DNA of 64,000 bases from positions 39,494,001-39,558,000 of the forward strand of contig NC_090348.1 of the NCBI RefSeq assembly GCF_035084215.1, in the 5' to 3' direction. Made by a program: the position numbers and the translations under genes. This DNA is from Heptranchias perlo. Its lineage: Eukaryota. The notes under the pieces were generated by a model. That model was not told the DNA's origin, ran no database searches, and worked only from the letters and a program-made list of their open reading frames with translations. Numbering within the stretch: position 1 is the first letter of the stretch; the number at the start of each line of letters is the position of its first letter. Shown piece after piece: positions 50,941-63,665 of this stretch.

Positions 50941-52088
50941 TGAACACCTACAGACGCTGAAAGACGCCCTAGTAAGAACGGGATATGACGCTCGACTCAT
51001 CGGTCGACAGTTCCGACGGGCCACAGCAAAAAATCGCATAGACCTCCTCAGGAGACTAACACGGGACGCAACCAACAGAGTACCCTTTGTCGTCCAGTAC
51101 TTCCCCGGAGCGGAGAAACTACGCCATGTTCTCCGCAGCCTTCAACATGTCATCAATGAGGACAAACACCTCGCTATGGCCATCCCCACACCTCCACTAC
51201 TCGCCTTTAAACAGCCACCCAACCTCAAACAGACCATCGTTCGCAGCAAACTACCTAGCTTTCAAGAGAACAGCGTCCACGACGCCACACAACCCTGCCA
51301 CGGTAACCTCTGCAAGACATGCCAGATCATCGACACAGATACCACCATCACACGAGATGACACCACCCACCAGGTGCATGGTTCATACTCCTGTGACTCA
51401 GCCAACGTTGTCTACCTCATACGTTGCAGGAAAGGATGCCCCAGAGCATGGTACATTGGCGAGACCATGCAGACGCTGCGACAACGGATGAACGGACACC
51501 GCGCAACAATCGCCAAACAGGAGGGTTCCCTCCCAGTCGGGGAACACTTCAGCAGTCATGGACATTCATCCACCGACCTTCGGGTAAGCGTACTCCAAGG
51601 CGGCCTTCGAGACACACGACAACGCAAAATCGTCGAGCAGAAATTGATAGCCAAGTTCCGCACCCATGAGGACGGCCTCAACCGGGATCTTGGGTTCATG
51701 TCACGCTACACGTTACCCCACCAGCGAACAAATGTTATCTGTTTTTAATATAATGGGTCATTTGCTGGCTCTCTCTGCCTTCCGGATGTTTCTGCCTCTC
51801 TCTGTGTTTTTTTTTCTCTGTTTTTTTTCCCTGTTTGTTTTTTTATTGAATGTGTATTCGGAGGTTCTGCAGGTAACACCTCTCTGTCTGAACACGGTGA
51901 TTGCCTTGGCAACGGGCAGTTGCAGGGGCAGTCTGTAAACACCATTTATTATTGTTCAATATGTATAAATGCGTAGGCTTCAAGGAGATCTTGAAACATT
52001 TGCCTGAGGAAGGAGAAAATCTCCGAAAGCTTGTGAATTTAAAATAAAATTGCTGGACTATAACTTGGTGTTGTAAAATTGTTTACAA
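50941..52088 (+). mobile_element. 5'-truncated Penelope-like retroelement (end of RT + GIY-YIG endonuclease + pseudo-LTR)
   Basis: Open frame to the stop at 51748 with L..TGY, C..C linker, SCDSANVVYLIRCRKGC..WYIGET..LRQRMNGH..VGEHF..H..E..LI..DGLN, typical of PLE GIY-YIG domains, followed by a terminus with a hammerhead-like core. Confidence 0.93.
51998..52038 (+). ncRNA. Minimal type-I hammerhead ribozyme-like motif of the Penelope element
   Basis: CUGAGGA (52004-52010), stem II GGAGA-aaa-UCUCC, GAAA, palindromic AAGCUU in place of stem III, and a wobble-containing stem I AUUUGC/GUGAAU. Confidence 0.65.
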
Positions 52089-52170
52089 ATCTCTCCACAG
52101 ATGCTGCCTGAGCTGCTGAGTGTTCCCAGCATTTTCTGTTCCTAGTTCAGATTTCCAGTATTTTGCTTTT
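52089..52170 (+). mobile_element. Fragment of another PLE-like terminal repeat
   Basis: ACAGATGCTGCCTGAGCTGCTGAGTGTTCCCAGCATTTT, a motif I recognise as a common shark repeat; a diverged copy lies at ~47985-48040. Confidence 0.5.
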
Positions 52171-54491
52171 ATTATATGATGCAAAACTCACCCAGGCGAT
52201 GGAGATTATTAATATATGTCAATTGCCTATACTTACAATCTGAAATACAAATCCAAGAAAGCCAGATCTTTTTTGATTCGACATTGTTGAAGTTGTTTGC
52301 ATTTGTGGATTCCCTTTGTCTCTCGGCTGTCACTGAAAGATGAAATTCAAAGTGAAACAGCTTTGACTGTCTGGGAAATTGTTGCATTCTTCCCAATGTC
52401 TGATGACTGTCAAGAAAGAATAGGTTTTTTAAAAAGGGGAATAGAATGTAGATTAATGGACGTATATAGATGGAATATTGAGCGTCGTTCAGGAACCTTT
52501 ATTACAGGAAGGATGTAGCTGAGCTGGAAAAGGTGCAGAGAAGAGTTACTAGAATGATGAGGAGACTAGAGGGAAATAAGGTGCTCAGAAGGTTTCACCT
52601 CACCTGAAACTTTTCATCATGGACTCAGGATCCAAAGTTACTGAAGGGAACTGATAAGATTTACAGCTTTTAATGTTTTGGAATAGAAAGTTAAGTGAAG
52701 TAATCTAATCTATTCAATCTGCTGCCTTACTCTTGTCAAATTTTTCTTCTTAATAAACATGAATTATTTGCTGTTAGTCTGTTTAAAGTCTGTTCGTGTG
52801 GTGTTTTCAGTCAGTCGGAGGGATCAGGAGTGTACGGTGGTATCCCACAGTATTTCCAGTACATATCCCCATGGTAAAAGGGCTCATTGTTCATCTGGAG
52901 GCTACCCTGAATGCTTTTACATACGAGGTCAGGTTTTCATTCATCAGAAGCGCATACTTGCCTATGGAAGTTGACCTTTGCATTGAGCATGTGTACAAAG
53001 TATCTGGAGATAATCTGACTCATGACGACCCATATTATACCTGAGCTGAAACTGCTTGATGCTCCCCCGGATGTGAAATTCAGGACAATGTTCCATTCTT
53101 GAAGTAAAGGGAATGTGAGCTCAGCGTCGAGCAATCTCACGTCATTTGAAGAGTCATCGACCTCCAGAAGTTAATGTTGCAATGGGTTCATGGCTGTAAA
53201 TGCACAAGAGCACAGAAGAGACATTTGAGACCTTCAAATATAGAATAAAATAGCCAGGTACGGCTATATTGGTTGGAATGTGGAACTCGCTACCACAAGG
53301 AGTAGTTGAGGCGGCTGGCATAGTTGCATTTAAGCGGAAGCTAGATAAACTCATGAGGGAGAAAGGAATAGAAGGATGTGCTGATGGGGTTAGATAAAGT
53401 AGGGAGGGAGGAGGCTCGTGTGGAGCATAAACACTGACATGGACCAGTTGGGCTGAATGGCCTGTTTTTGTGCTGTACATTTTATGTAATTCTATGTAAT
53501 ATATTCTTGTTTTTTTGTTAGTGGACGGCAAGATATTGGAGCATTGCTCAGAAAAAATTCTTATAGTCAACCCTCTCTCATTTGAAATAATACTTCAATG
53601 TATCATCACACTCTTGATGTATATGGGGAACTGATTGATACGAAGAGGCACACGATAAGTTTCAAAGAGCCAACAGCATGTTGACTGTTTTGCAATTCCA
53701 TTCACTGTCGGTCACATGTTACTGCAGACGAGTAATCCGTGTTGAAGTCATTTAGATTGGAATCCCCACTTTAAGAGGTAAATCCTTTCATGTTTCCCCC
53801 CTTTTGATCTGTCGGATTCTTTCTTCTTTGATATCGCAAGTGGCTGCTGCCACTGAAACAGCAGCATGTCTTTGTCAGATTTCTCTTTCCTTTGTATCAC
53901 GGTAAAGAGTCACGTAGGTAAACTGGTAGTCATGAACCAGGCACTGAGAGTATCAAGACTATGCAGTGTCCTTTGGAAGGGCTGATATTCTTGTAGTCTG
54001 CCGGAGCTTTCAAATTCTCAGAGGTCTTCCTGTTAAGATGATAAAGCCGTTATCCTTATCATTGGGTGCTCACTTACTTTCTCAAAGGAGGGAGCTCAGA
54101 GGCTTCAAAAGCTCCATCCTGCCGCAAGCAGAAAAAGAAAGGAGGAATCTTTCCTTCAAAGCAACAAAACACAGTGTGCAGCGTTAGTTTTACATAGGAA
54201 ATAGAGATTGAAGGTGGTAGTAGATATTATACAAGTTATCTGGCCAGTGATGTTGCTACTGGGTGAAATACTCTACAAATACCAGATTATCCTGAATTCC
54301 CTGCATGTCCTGTTGTGCTTCATTCATGTTGTAATCCTTTCTATGCCAACCTGGCCAAAACTAGATAATATGCCAATTCCCACAGAAAATAATAATGGAT
54401 CCTGGAATTATTTTGGAGTAAACAGCAATAAATACAAGTTTTTATTTAATCAGTTCCCCACGCCCCCCCCTCACCATTGTTATAATATTAG

Positions 54492-54711
54492 AATTGTAAA
54501 CAATTTTACAACACCAAGTTATAGTCCAGCAATTTTATTTTAAATTCACAAGCTTTCGGAGATTTTCTCCTTCCTCAGGCAAACGTTTGCCTGAGGAAGG
54601 AGAAAATCTCCGAAAGCTTGTGAATTTAAAATAAAATTGCTGGACTATAACTTGGTGTTGTAAAATTGTTTACAATTGTCAACCCCAGTCCATCACCGGC
54701 ATCTCCACATC
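54492..54711. mobile_element. Penelope terminus inserted as a 186-bp perfect palindrome plus 34-nt tail
   Basis: Arms 54492-54584 and 54585-54677 are reverse complements and match 51999-52088. The insert is flanked by the direct repeat ATAATATTAGAA (54482-54493, 54712-54723). Confidence 0.9.
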
Positions 54712-57700
54712 ATAATATTAGAAAGCATAGAACGAGAAGTCCTTTTGGCCCATCGAGTTCATTTGTTCCACAAGTCTTGTCCGGATCCATTTGAATGTGG
54801 ACTCTGTCCAACCCATCCCACTTCCGAATGAAAATTTCTGTAGAGTATTCCACTTGTATGGCAGATTTGTCACATAGGTCCATTCAGGGGGCCCCACGTG
54901 TTTGCTGATCAGCTCGCCTTCTCAGGCTTTTGCCTTCGCCGCAAAAGACCTTCTCCAATTGTCCATCGCCAATAAAGTCCAACACTGGTGAAGGCACGGA
55001 GAGCTGACACGCTTGCGGTGCACAAATTGGCTGCTGCCTTTCCCTACTTTACAACAGTGACTGCACTTTAATAAATACTTCATTGGCCGAAAAGCACTTT
55101 GGGGCATCCTGAGGGCGTGGAAGATGATATATAAATGACAATTCTTTCTTTTCAGCCGAGATTGTGAACTCAAGTCCCTCAACCCTCTGAATTTTTGATT
55201 CTCGGGTAAGAGTGCTACCACTGAGCCAAGCACAGAAAAGGTAGTTGAGTTATTTGGAATCCAATGCAACACCACCTACATAGGTGAGTGCCCCAAACTG
55301 CAAGCTGCTGTTTCCGAAAGCCTATCCGTTAGCAGTAGTTCAGTGATAGCTGTTGGCATGATGCCTTGCATTCAATTTTGGGACAATACCAGGGAAGACA
55401 ATGGAAATGTTAACATATTCATCCTTTACCGCTTGCAACTGCCAAAGCTCACGAAACAAAGAGTCGAGAAAGAGAAAAAATCTGCTACCCTTGCAATCAA
55501 TTTGTTTCACTCCAGCACGCAGTTGGCTAAATGGGAAAAGGGTCTGAAACATTGAAATCAGATTGCTGTGTACTGTACTCCAGCATCACCATACAAACAA
55601 AATCAGCATGTTGGCTACCAAAATAAAATATTTATGTATATACTGCAAGAGCACAGGAGCTGAACTAAAACCTGAGGGATTTGCAGTCCCAGAAAGCAGG
55701 ATTTTATTTATCTGTCCTGTTGCTCTTTTGCCTTATTGTGATCTTTGGTTGTGCATTTTCTGAAAGTGTTCATTAGTGAATGGGCACCCACCCACGCACC
55801 GTTTATAATGAAATACAGCTTTTTGAGTTAGATTGTTGTTTTAAATATGATTTTGAGTTTCAGCTCAAATAGAAGAGTGGCTGCAAATCTGTGGAGATTG
55901 TGGCCACTGCAAACATTATAGGGATTTTGGTTTTGTTTAACTTGGACCAAACACATGGACCATAATGGTCTTTTCTGGTCCTATGTTCCTATGTAACTAA
56001 AGCTGCTGTACTGCACTTGTGTAGCATTGAATACTGACAGGCTCAAGCCTATGATTCCTGCCATGCGTTGGGTTCCTGATCTTGTTCCAGCTGTTTACTT
56101 TATGTGCCAAGTCAAGTGAGGTGTTTCCTGACAGGTAAAAGTTTCTCTGGTTGCTATGCAGAGCAAAGTTGTCAATGCATGACGATTTACTCTGATTGCC
56201 AGAAGTTTGCATTAGAAATAGTGAACACAGGAAATCTTGTCGTGTTCACAATGCTGCTTCACACATAGTGACCAGAGGAAATCTTCATCGAGGGAGGGAG
56301 GGAGGGAGAGAGAGTCAACCTGCACCATTCCTTGCAGCTGGTTGAGAGCAGCAATGGGCGAGGGGCCAGTGGAAATGAAACCATCTCCTCTCTTGTTAGG
56401 TGAGGGGACATAACATGAGGAGAGGGAGGGGGTAAATACAGAAGAACATTTCATTTTTACTTATCTGACCTCAAGCACCAAAGTAGAATACAAAAGTGAG
56501 CTAATACTACCAGTTTGGTTGGTTGGTTTAATTGGAAGAGCATGTCAGATTTCATGTAAAATGGCAGACTACTATATTTTAGAGCAAATTCCAAGGTCAA
56601 AAGTTTCCCTTGAACTATTGATTTCAAAGATGCAGCATTACCCTGTTTGTGTTTCAGAAGAGATTCTTGTGTAAACACATGACCAATTAAAGGAGTGTTA
56701 GGAATAGCAGTCAAAATAAGGTCACCATTCACGTCAACACAATCAAATAGAGTATGAATGGGAAAAGGCCACTCAGCTCATCTTACTCACCCTGTCACTT
56801 CAGTGCATGGTCAGGGAAAAGATAGCCTTCATTAAAAAAAAACATGGACAAAGCCATGGAGGAGCCGGGAACTGAGCGGGTGGGTAGATTATTGCGTGTG
56901 AATCCCGGAATCTGCGATCGCAACTCAATTGAAGGCAATTGATTTTACTTCCAGGATTCCCGCGCAATAGCTGGCCAAATTGACAGGCCGGCTGCCTGTC
57001 GGGAGAGAAAGCAGCCAGGGAGCGGATGCCAAGTAAATCTGAGATCGCGGGGGGAGTCTCGGGGTGAATGTTGGTTTATTGGGATTTTTTTGATATTTCT
57101 GGTCGTTACTTTTTCCAGAATTCAAGATCGCAACTTGGTATTTGAACTCATGACTAGTGGATTGCTAGTCCAGGACCGCGACCCCTATTTTACCATACTC
57201 GTAGAAAAATCGAGAGGGTGGCAGAAAGTGTAATAAAATGAGGTTCTGGACAGCTACTGAATAACTCTGCTTGTAGTGAGTTCTCAATCTGTGTTTTTGC
57301 AGCAAACTATGTAACTCATTTGGTTGATGCTAATTCATGCACAGCCTCGAACAAAAAAACCTGCTGTTTAACTGTGCATTTGATCTAGATTTGGAGGAAA
57401 AAGAGTTGCCTGATCTCTAGGTTTCAGTTGGGGAAATATTACAAGGAAATAAAATGAAAATTTAGTGCCATGCAATTTGATGTAGATTTCTGACCAAAAA
57501 AAAATGCTAGGTGTCCATGAAGTTTATATTGGATTCAGAATTCTGCTTTGCTCAGATAAGCAAACAGTGTTGAAAAAGACACTACAGTGGAACTTCTGTT
57601 ATCTGCACTCCAATTAGCTGCCAGCCCAATTATTGACCAGAATTCTCATGGACAAACATGAAATGTTAGATTATTGTGCAGCCTGCTCATATTTATTTAG

Positions 57701-58806
57701 TTATTTGCACTCCGTGTCCGTTTTTGGTTAAATAAAAAATACATCATTTTTCCTTTGTATTGTCTGCAGCCTTCCCCATCACTGAGGTATTGCTATTCAA
57801 GATAAAAATTTGTAGTGATTCAATTATCCATGCCGGCTTGCATTGAGGCTGCACAAGGAGCTGGCTCCAGATTCAGGCCATGAATAAGGAACATGTACAA
57901 GGGTGAGCAGGAGAGAAGCGATTTGATGATCACTGCACTATAAGTATCATTCATATTTTGAACTTCCTAACAGCACCAGCATTAACATTAGCATTAAATG
58001 ATGAAAAGCATAACAGATGTCCCCGGCAGTTATTTTCTGCTGCATATGGGAAATGTGGTGGATTCAATCAAAGGACCTGTCAACCACTGCTGAGGGAAGA
58101 CTCAACTGAGGAAAAAAGAAGGACCTTTAGGAACTCTGATGTGGAAAGTAGATTTATTAGAGCAGATGTGACAAGAGAAGAACAAAATTAGAGAAAGTAT
58201 TTACTGGAAGTCGGTTAGGGAAAAATACAATCCAAAGCTTGTAATAAATGTCTATGGAAAGCCTATTGCCAATGATGGAGAGAGAAAGAAAGAGATGGAA
58301 CACACAAAGGCAAAGAATGGATGAGAATTGGGAACATTTTTGGATTGCTATAATTTATATTAGCAAAAGAGCCAAGTTGTTATAAAATTTTATGATTCCT
58401 TCCAGTAACTTGACTGCAAAATGTTCCAATATTTCAGATTTTGTCATCATTCTCAAAAAAATATATAAACTTGTGCACATACTCAAGATTGAATCAGGAT
58501 GTTAACAATTTATTGTTTTCAGTTTATTTAATTTAATTGAGCGATGGCTGGAAGAGTGACTAGAAGACCCAACACAAACCACTTTCAGCCAAACGTTTGC
58601 CTGAGAGAACTGAGACCAGCTGCAGTCCCAGAGCTTTTCTTGAGATGTGTCAATCACAGGTTTAAAGGGCCAGATCAACTCCTGCATGAATCTCACCTCC
58701 GTCTCACTGGCGAGATTGAGAAGCCATGGGAAACCCGTGCAGGTACGGTAAAATTAGTTTCAGGTTCATAATCCACAACCAATTACCTACCGTAAGTATT
58801 TCAAGT

Positions 58807-59018
58807 GGGTAAATTGCCCCTTTAACGATCCGCCCACCAGCATGAATAGGGGACGTGACTTCTGGGTTTTGGCTGCGCACGTGCATCCAAACGCACCAGG
58901 GTTAAACCCGGAAGTGAGTGCGTTGGAGCCGGGTTGCGGTCCCGCTGATAAATTCTACAATTTTGACTACCCACCCACCCCCAGCCCACCTGTTCCTGGG
59001 GGTTAAAATGACCCCCCC
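58807..59018. mobile_element. Harbinger-like MITE
   Basis: Ends GGGTAAATT.. / TTAAAATGACCCCC resemble the other GGG-terminated MITEs; CpG-rich interior. Confidence 0.5.
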
Positions 59019-59584
59019 CTGGACTCTAACCAACCCTGCTCCTAAACTTAAGGAAAGATCTTACAAACTTTCTTGCCGCCCCCCCCCCCCCCCCCAAGGG
59101 TAAATCAAACAAAACTCTACAGCAACTTTACATCGTACGTTATTCTTTTTTGACTTGTTGTGTTCCTTGCCGTGACGTTTGCAAGTTCCGAGCAGCTCAG
59201 GAACCATCTAGTTCCACACAACATTCAATCATCTCTGTCTGCACCCATCCTTCTGACTCTGATTCCTGATCTTTATCGGATGTCTATCCAGCTTTTTTTT
59301 TAAAAGATACTGATTATCTTCCCCTTTACAACGTCCCATCCTCTGACTTCTTTTGGCTGCCAGGTTTGTATATTTCCTTATTGATTAGCTGCAACTGACT
59401 CTGTTCTTGAACAGCTCCAAAATTCAGTCTGCACAAGAGTTACTTGGGTTGGTTTGCAGACCTTCCGATTCACCTGCATTTTGCAGAAAGCAGCCCATTT
59501 CTGAGTGATCTCACACACATATACCACCATCCGTCACTGACTTGGTTCTGAATTTTGTGGACAGATAGACACCCAAGTGGCGGC

Positions 59585-59912
59585 AACCACAATAACTTTA
59601 ATTTATATAACGCCTTTAAAGTAGGAAAACGTCCCGAGGCATTTCACAGAAGCGTTATCAGAAAAAATTTGACACAGAGCCAAATAAGGAGATATTCGGA
59701 CAGGTGACCAAAAGCTTGCTCTAAGAGGTAGGTTTTAAGGAGAGAGAGGCGGAGAGGTTTAGGGAGGGAATTCCAGAGATTAGGGCCTCGGCAGCTGAAG
59801 GCATGGCCGCCAATGGTAGAGCGATTAAAATCGGGCGCATAAGCGGCCAGAATTGGAGGAGCGCAGAGATCTCGGAGGGTTGTAGGGCTGGAGGAGGTTA
59901 CAGAGATAGGGA
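59585..59912 (-). mobile_element. L2 3' fragment
   Basis: Reverse complement of ~9905-10250. Confidence 0.85.
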
Positions 59913-60104
59913 ACGTTACTGCTGCGTAAGTGCCAGGTAACGATCATATCCAACAAGAAAAGGCCCAACCACCTCCCCTTGACCTCTAACACCCAAATTT
60001 CCAATTTGCACTGCCAGTGAGTGAGGCTCCCCACCAGCAGCATTGACTCATTCCATTACAACCTTGATGCTAAGTAAGGGTCAAGGTAGCTCAAACTGAT
60101 GCAT

Positions 60105-60735
60105 CATAGAAATTACACCACTGTAGGAGGTCATTTGGCCCATCACGCCTATGGTGGTGCTGGTTCTTCAACTGGACCGATTAACTCTAATCCTATTTCC
60201 CTGCCCTTTTCTTGATATCTTTTTATATTTTTCCATTTCAAACCCTTATCAGAAATCCCTTTTAGTCATAGGAGCACCTTTTAATGATTATGTGTTCCCA
60301 ATGCAGGAGCACTCATCGGGATTTTAGGAACGAAAGTCAGTCTTCAGATTCACGGCTCGCACAATTTTATTTTGATAAAAATAAAATACTGAATGGAAAA
60401 TCATGTGGCTGTGGATCAGGTGCACTGACCTCCACATCCAAATCCCTGACATGTGCTCCCATCACACCAATCTCTGCACCAGAACACTTCATTGTGAAAT
60501 TTACTTCAAAGTCTCTACTCCAATATCCACGTAGTACAACATTCAATGTTCTATGTGAAGGGATTTCAGTTAACTTCCCTTTGGTGGCAATCCTGAGACT
60601 ATAACGCTTTATTACTGATTCACTAACCAATGGAAACCATCTTTCACTATTTTCCCTCTCAAGCCTTTTCAGAATTTTGTAAACCACGATTAGATTCAAT
60701 CTTAATCTTCTCTCTCTTGTAAAAAGACCCACTTT
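60105..60735 (-). mobile_element. Diverged CR1 fragments
   Basis: Minus ORF 60367-60732 starts GLFTRERRLRLNLIVVYKILK..WFPLV; reverse CR1 tail at ~60105-60200. Confidence 0.65.
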
Positions 60736-60829
60736 TTCAAACGACTCTTGATTTTTTTGCTGCCCCTACAGTAACCAGAGGTCTATTTGTGGTGTTGGTT
60801 ACCATTTACATGAACAAATTCTTTCTGAC

Positions 60830-61372
60830 ATCAACAATAACTTGCATTTATATAACACCTCTAGCATGGCAAAAGATCCCAAAGTGCTTCACAGGAGCGT
60901 AATCAGTCAAAAATTGACACTGAGCCACATAAGGAGACATAGGAACATAGGAACAGGAGTCGGCCATTCAGCCCCTCGTGCCTGCTCCGCTATTTGATAA
61001 GATCATGGCTGATCTGTGATCTAACTCCAGATACCTGCCTTTGGCCCATATCCCTTAATACCTTTGGTTGCCAAAAAGCTATCCATCTCAGATTTAAATT
61101 TAGCAATTGAGCTAGTATCAATTGCCGTTTGCAGAAGAGAGTTCCAAACTTCTTTGTGTGTAGAAATGTTTTCTAATCTCGCTCCTGAAAGGTCTGGCTC
61201 TAATTTTTAGACTGTGCCCCCTACTCCTAAAATCCAGGACAGGTAATCAAAAGCTTGATGAAGGAGGTGGGGGATGCACAAGAGACCAGAATTGGAGGAA
61301 GGTAGGGCTGGAGGAGGTTATAGAGATAGGGAGAGGAGGGGCCATGGAGGGATTTTAACAGGAGGATGAGAA
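60830..61372 (-). mobile_element. L2 3' fragment with a CR1 3' end nested at ~60940-61235
   Basis: L2 ..GAGCCACATAAGGAGACAT is interrupted by a (AGGAACAT)n CR1 tail and resumes at AGGACAGGT..AAAAGCTTG. Confidence 0.85.
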
Positions 61373-63124
61373 GTTTCCCTCTTAGTAGCCTTCTTTCAAA
61401 GCTACGAGCCCCACTCCTTCCAATCTTAACTGAGGTCAATTCTCTGACATAAGGGATAACCTTGCGGCTCTTCTCTGCCATGTCTTGAATCTTTCGCTGT
61501 CATCTTGATGACGAAATCTGGACACAATATTCTCGATGCTGTCTGATCACCGCACTGTATGGATTCAGTTTGACATGCTCTGATTTGTACTCTACTTGTT
61601 TAGCCATATAATTCAGCACTCTGCTCACTTTGTTGAATGCTGCTCCACAGTGACTTGACATGTTAAGTGCCGAGTCTATAGCTGCTTATCTGTACAGTGA
61701 ACCATGGAATCCATTTAGTGGGAACTGGATTGTGTAGGACCTTGCAGGACTCTGTTTTGGGATTCTGAAATGTTTGCCCCCTTCTCCAATATTTGTCACA
61801 TCTGTTTGAGTGGAGTGGCCTTTCCAAGTAAAAGATTTCCTTCTGAAAGAGTTTGTATCAGTATCGAGTGTTCTGGCACTTGGAATGGGGACAATTGAAA
61901 CACTGGTTCATTCGAAAGAGTTTGCTTGCTGGACAGCATTGTATTGATATTCTTCAGCCCGTTGGCCGTCTACAGTGGTTCTGAGCTGTGAGTTTAATTG
62001 CAGTTTTCCCAGACTGGTAATTGTAAAATGCCAGTATTGATTGGCTCGTTTCCATTGCAATATTGAGTTGTGGCCAGTTCTGCCCTCAGTTTTCTCGTGT
62101 CACCATCACAGCCTGGTGCTTTATCCATCCCAGCAGCCGAGTCTCACTAATGAGCTAAGTGTACTGACATGGCGTAGTGCCTTGTGTGAACATTTGTCCT
62201 GAAAAATGGGCATTGTTTGGGGGTGGTGGTCCTGATCCCATAATGCACCGAGTTTTCATTGGGTCTAAAGGTGATGCATCTGAACTAGAAGGATGAATCG
62301 AGTTTCCCCCCCCCCCGATGGCTTTCTGGGTGAATGCACTAGCTGGCGTGGGTCCAGAGCTGTTCAGAGGAGAAAGCTCCCCACAGAAAAGCCTGCCGAG
62401 TTAGCAAATCTCAGTCAGAATGGTGATGTGTGTGTGTGTGCTACAATTTGCCGCAGCACTCCTGGTCTTGGAGGTGGGGGGAGGGGTGGAAGGGGGGGAA
62501 ACACCCACTCTTCCATACAGCCCTGCAAATGTCGATGACCGATAACATCAGGAATGGGTTTGGCTTTAATGCCTCTCGTGGTCGAAGAGCTTGCTGCTGC
62601 CACTTGCTGTCGAGGCTGACATATAACTTTTTTGGGGGAGGTCTTCTAATGTCCGTGCAACTGTACCCCAAACCAAAATAGTTTCATCAGGAGAAGAAGG
62701 AGGAAAAATAGAGGGGAAGAAGTGTTCAAATCCCATCTCTAATTAATATTCACTTTGTACTTTTACAACTCTGAACAGAGAACTGTGGGTTGCATTATAA
62801 AATCCACTCTTGCAGCAAAAAAACTATTATAATAGCAATAATTTATCCTAATTATGCGCAAGTATAATTACATGCAATTATAGAGCCTATCTGTAATGTT
62901 TAACAGGACAGCACAAAGTCTCACATTCTGCTTATTTGTCTGCTGAGGTGTTAGGTGACTGTTCCTTACAGACCTACGTAAACATTATTTTAATGACATT
63001 TCCAATTGACAGAACAGTTGTGTTTTCAAATGCCCTTTTTTTAAAGCTGCATTTAGTCGAGTAGAATTAAAAGCTGTACAACAGAAATCGGGGTAGGAAA
63101 ATGATAATTAGAATGGCCAAAATG

Positions 63125-63535
63125 GGTCTGAAGGCTGTGGGTTCAAGTGCCCCACCAGGTACTAGAGTACATAATCTAGGTACTGTACTGAGGGAGTGCA
63201 GCATTGTCAGAGGAGCCATCAGTCCACTGAGACATGAAACCAAGGACCTGCCTGCCTGTTCCAGTGGTGCAAGTGGGCATTGAAGATTGCATGACACAAT
63301 TCGAAGAAGAGCAAGGAGCTCTCCCAGTGTCCTGGCCGATATTTCTCCCTCAACCAACACCACTAAAAAAAAAGACTAACTGGTCACTCATCTTTTGGCT
63401 GTTTATGGGATCTTGCTGTACACACTGGCTGCAACATTTGCCTACATTACAACAATCACTGTGCTTCAGAGTAATTCACTGTATGTGAAGCATTTTTGAT
63501 TTTTCTGAGAGGAGCTACTTTAATGCAAGCCTTTG
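63125..63535 (+). mobile_element. Deu-type SINE
   Basis: GGGTTCAAGTGCC B-box, central domain and AATGCAAG tail. Confidence 0.75.
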
Positions 63536-63665
63536 TTTCATGAAGATGATCACAGATGGTGGAGAAGGCTGGATGGATTGACAGGCCTTTTCTCCACATA
63601 CGCTCTTATTTTCTCTCCTTTCTCTCTCTTCCCACTTCATACACCATACTTGTCTGGGAGAATAG

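Noticed and set aside
54078-54118. Minus-strand 41-nt exon candidate (CAG|..AAA|GTAAGT)
   Set aside because: Isolated, with no partner exons or recognisable peptide; kept only as part of the unexplained block.
56354-56399. ATG-containing exon candidate MGEGPVEMKPSPLLL before TAG|GTGAGG
   Set aside because: Phase 1, incompatible with the CELF frame; the phase-2 frame has no ATG.
57583-57830. Tigger/pogo-like terminus TACAGTGGAACTT
   Set aside because: No matching second TIR or transposase motif found by eye.
58544-58771. THAP-like motif (HF..LRPAAVPELF) in a 75-aa ORF
   Set aside because: Lacks the C2CH cysteines and the conserved Trp, the spacing is too short, and its exit phase (1) does not fit the CELF exons.
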